Below, piece after piece: positions 32,856 to 35,528 of a DNA stretch of 35,528 bases. The stretch spans positions 1 to 35,528 of the forward strand of contig CAZJRV010000002.1 of the NCBI GenBank assembly GCA_964548235.1, in the 5' to 3' direction. The position numbers and the translations under genes are program-made. Below the pieces are notes generated by a model that saw nothing but the letters and a program-made list of their open reading frames with translations, did not search any database and was not told the origin of the DNA. This DNA is from an uncultured Verrucomicrobiota bacterium. GTDB taxonomy: Bacteria > Verrucomicrobiota > Verrucomicrobiia > Limisphaerales > UBA1100. Positions within the stretch are counted from its first letter, which is position 1. Each line of letters begins with the position of its first letter.

Positions 32856-34673
32856 TTAATTTTTTAATTCTTCGAGTTTGGTTTCCACGCGGGCGAGCAC
32901 GTCTTTGACGCGCCAGGTGAGGCCGTCGGTTTTGTTGATGCCCACGATTTTAGGGTTGGCGAATTTGGCGCGTAACAGGCCGCAGAGTTGGCCGTAGCCG
33001 TAGAGGCCTTCGTCGTTATTCTCCACAACGAATACATGGTTGAAGCCGTCAAAAATATTTTCCAAGCCATCGGGCAACGGATTGATGTGCCGGATGGTGA
33101 GGCTGGAAATGCTGTCGTCGGCTTTGCGGGCTTTCTCAGTCGCTTCGCGCAGGCTGCCTTGGGTGCTGCCCCAGCCGACGAGCAGTACGTTGCCTTCTTC
33201 GGGGCCAAATACTTCCGGCAATTTCAGGGCGCGACCGAGGGCTTGTAGTTTGCTCCGGCGCTTGGCGGTCATGTCGAGGTGCATTTTTGGCGAACCGCTG
33301 GGGTGTCCCATCTCGTCGTGTTCCAGGCCGGTGGCAACGGGGTATTTGCCATTGCGAATGTACGTGCCCGGTGCGGCGTGCTGGGTGATGCCGTCGGGTG
33401 CGGAAAGGTCATAGGGTTTGTGCTCATCGCGCGGTGAGAGATCTGGCGAGATGTCCTGGCACAGTTCCTTGAGGTCCGGCATCGCGAATGCCTCGATGCG
33501 TGTGGCTATGGCCTGGTCGGTGAGGATGATGACGGGCGTGCTGTATTCGCGCGCGAGTTTGACTGCCTCCATGGCGGTGTAAAAACAATCCTCCACGCTG
33601 GCCGGCGCAATGACAACGCGGGGGGAATCGCCGTGCCCACCAAAGCAAGCGATGTTCAGATCGCTTTGTTCCACGTTGGTGGGCATGCCGGTGGAGGGGC
33701 CGCCGCGTTGGACGTCGATGACCACCAGTGGAATCTCCGCCATCACCGCCCAGCCGATGGCTTCGCCCTTGAGCGAAATGCCCGGGCCGGATGAGCCGGT
33801 GACCGCGCAGCGTCCGCCCCAGCTGGCGCCGATGGCCATGGAGACGGCGGCGATTTCATCTTCGCACTGTACAAAAATTCCATCGTACTTGGGCAGCTCG
33901 CGCCGGAGCAGCTCCATGATGTCTGACCATGGCGTAATCGGATACCCCGCGCCGAAACGCACGCCGGCGGCGAGAATGCCGTAGCCGAGTGCGTCGTTGC
34001 CGTTGCAGACGACTTGATCGGTGTCGCGCGCTTTGGGTTCCTCGAAGGCGTAAATTTCCTCCAGCGTCGTGAGCGGATAACCGTACCCGGCGTGGAACGC
34101 GGTGAGCGCGGTGGTGGTGATACTGCTGGCCTTGCCCTTGAAGCGCTCGGCAATGAGGCCTTCCAGCCGCGCAGCATCGAGATCGAACATCCGCGCCACG
34201 AGCCCGAGTGCGAAAATGTTTTTGCCCTTATCCTTGGCCGTGCCGCCGATGGCCTCCACCGTCAGCTCCGCGATGGGGCAGCCGACGTGGCGGTATTTTT
34301 TCATCAATTCCGGATCCGGCTCCACGTGGCTGCTGTCGTACAAAACGATGCCGCCTTCTTTCAGAAAATCGATGTGGTTTTCATAGCTGTGTTGATAGAA
34401 GGGCATCAGCACATCCGCGTCATCGCCGGAAGTGAGCACCTCGCCGGAACCAATGCGCACCTGGAAAATCGATGGACCGCCCGAGATGGTGGCGGGGATG
34501 GTCATGAAGGTCATCACCTCCTGCTCGCTGCGCCCGGCTAATTGGGCAAGAAACCCGCCGATGGATTGGATACCATCCTGCGAGTTGCCGGCAATGCGGA
34601 TGACGGCCTCGGTGACTTTCGAGACCTTCGGATTATCACTAACGACCTCTTCGGTCGCGGAACGATCGCTCAT
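32856..34673 (-). CDS. korA: 2-oxoglutarate (2-oxoacid):ferredoxin oxidoreductase subunit alpha (gamma-alpha fusion type)
   Basis: N-terminal gamma-like IRIAGNSQDGIQSIGGFLAQLAGRS followed by the alpha domain (YPITPWSDIME, GGPSTGMPT). 605 aa. Confidence 0.9.
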   Translation of the reverse strand: MSDRSATEEVVSDNPKVSKVTEAVIRIAGNSQDGIQSIGGFLAQLAGRSEQEVMTFMTIPATISGGPSIFQVRIGSGEVLTSGDDADVLMPFYQHSYENHIDFLKEGGIVLYDSSHVEPDPELMKKYRHVGCPIAELTVEAIGGTAKDKGKNIFALGLVARMFDLDAARLEGLIAERFKGKASSITTTALTAFHAGYGYPLTTLEEIYAFEEPKARDTDQVVCNGNDALGYGILAAGVRFGAGYPITPWSDIMELLRRELPKYDGIFVQCEDEIAAVSMAIGASWGGRCAVTGSSGPGISLKGEAIGWAVMAEIPLVVIDVQRGGPSTGMPTNVEQSDLNIACFGGHGDSPRVVIAPASVEDCFYTAMEAVKLAREYSTPVIILTDQAIATRIEAFAMPDLKELCQDISPDLSPRDEHKPYDLSAPDGITQHAAPGTYIRNGKYPVATGLEHDEMGHPSGSPKMHLDMTAKRRSKLQALGRALKLPEVFGPEEGNVLLVGWGSTQGSLREATEKARKADDSISSLTIRHINPLPDGLENIFDGFNHVFVVENNDEGLYGYGQLCGLLRAKFANPKIVGINKTDGLTWRVKDVLARVETKLEELKN

Positions 34674-34757
34674 TGAGTGTGTGTGGATAATATTACCGGC
34701 CGCTACCCGCTTATCATTAGGCCATGCGCCGCCGGCTCCCCCGCACAGGGGAGGGCG

Positions 34758-34785
34758 AAACTAGCATTAAAAAGCAACCTGTCAA
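34758..34785 (-). promoter_or_regulatory. Candidate sigma-70-type promoter for korAB
   Basis: The minus strand reads TTGACA (34785..34780), a 16-nt spacer ending in TGc (extended -10), then TAGTTT (34763..34758). This would give a 5' UTR of about 80 nt containing the CUCCCC/GGGGAG hairpin (34736..34753). Confidence 0.35.
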
Positions 34786-34890
34786 ATGATATTCACAATG
34801 GGAATGGGTTTTTTTGCTGATGAATGCCCCGGGCAGCCAATCGTGCCTTGCCTCAGCCTAAACCACCGCCCACACTTGGTGGCCAACAGG

Positions 34891-35325
34891 ATGGCCGAAG
34901 ACTTGCAATCACAATTTGATGACGCAGTTTTTGCGTACACCACGGGCGATTATGCCGCGGCGGTGGCGGGATTTGAGGCGGTGTTGGCTGCCGAGCCGGA
35001 TCATTTTGAGGCGCAACTTTCGCTGGGGATGGCATTTTACCGGCAGGAAAACTATGCCGCCGCCATCGAGCAAGGCCACAAAGCCGAGGCGATCAACGCC
35101 AATGAACAGCGCGTGCACACCAATCTTTCACTTGCTTATATGAAGAGCGGCAACAAAGAAATCGCCGAACACCACGGGTTGCAGGCCAAGATCGCTGGCT
35201 GGAAAGCGGATCCCGAGGCAACGGCAGAAGGCGGAGGTGATTTGAAAATGGCGGAGCCTAAGCTGGAGAATATTAAACTGCCCACCAAGTTCCCCGAACA
35301 ACCGTGGAAGAAAAATAAGGACTAA
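34891..35325 (+). CDS. Tetratricopeptide (TPR) repeat protein
   Basis: ORF 34786..35325 trimmed to ATG 34891. Three TPR-like units (YAAAVAGFEAVLAAEPDHFEAQLSLGMAFYRQENYAAAIEQGHKAEAINANEQRVHTNLSLAYMKSGNKEIA). Confidence 0.6.
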   Translation: MAEDLQSQFDDAVFAYTTGDYAAAVAGFEAVLAAEPDHFEAQLSLGMAFYRQENYAAAIEQGHKAEAINANEQRVHTNLSLAYMKSGNKEIAEHHGLQAKIAGWKADPEATAEGGGDLKMAEPKLENIKLPTKFPEQPWKKNKD

Positions 35326-35326
35326 A

Positions 35327-35528
35327 ATGAAAAGCGCATACGAACTTGCAATGGAAAAACTGGACAAAGAATCGCCCGTCCAAAAAATCAGCGACGAACT
35401 CAAAGCCGAGCTGGCAGAGCTGGATAATCTTTACCAATCCAAACTCGCCGAGCGCGAAGTATTCCTCGCCGGCAAAATCGCCGAAGCCGAGGCGGGGGGC
35501 GATTTTGAAGCACTCGAGCAATTACAAC
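35327..35528 (+). CDS. Hypothetical coiled-coil-like protein, N-terminal part only (runs off the window end)
   Basis: Not in the ORF track. ATG 35327 is 1 nt after the TPR stop. Reads MKSAYELAMEKLDKESPVQKISDELKAELAELDNLYQSKLAEREVFLAGKIAEAEAGGDFEALEQLQ with no stop to the window edge. Codon usage resembles the neighbours. Confidence 0.4.
   Translation, partial: MKSAYELAMEKLDKESPVQKISDELKAELAELDNLYQSKLAEREVFLAGKIAEAEAGGDFEALEQLQ

Overview
GC-rich bacterial chromosomal window. The gene content looks typical of the PVC superphylum, most likely Verrucomicrobiota: an H-X9-DG prepilin-like protein, a Tat-signal DUF1501 protein, a membrane-bound-dehydrogenase/HEAT protein and giant FG-GAP/UnbV-ASPIC proteins. 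I can support about 31 protein genes (two partial at the window edges, absent from the ORF track), one tRNA-Phe, two intrinsic terminators, three candidate promoters and two copies of a palindromic intergenic repeat. Four blocks are housekeeping and tightly packed: recA-FIST-trmB (+), lptF/G-like-FHA-accA-manA-DUF360 (-), rodZ-like-rimO-pgsA-pgpA (+) and korAB (-). The accessory part runs from about 8.4 to 28.3 kb. Its most unusual feature is a tandemly duplicated (period about 6.63 kb), divergently transcribed gene pair. Each pair couples a 1250-1260 aa secreted protein built from two CRTAC1-like units (FG-GAP/VCBS repeats plus UnbV_ASPIC) with a membrane protein that has a YfhO-like C-terminal domain. 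The second membrane partner has lost the polytopic domain. I propose this as a candidate uncharacterised two-component surface or modification module, not as a proven system. Other second-look items are listed below.
- A REP-like palindromic element family sits directly after two stop codons.
- A triple 9-bp ATG-stop tandem lies between rimO and pgsA.
- A good sigma-54 -24/-12 match lies upstream of the pilin-like gene.
- A cysteine-less FmdB-like protein is present.
- A degenerate FHA protein is translationally coupled to the LptF/G-like permease.
All domain calls are by-eye motif recognition; no searches were run. The long ORFs antisense to the real genes are treated as GC-rich shadow frames.
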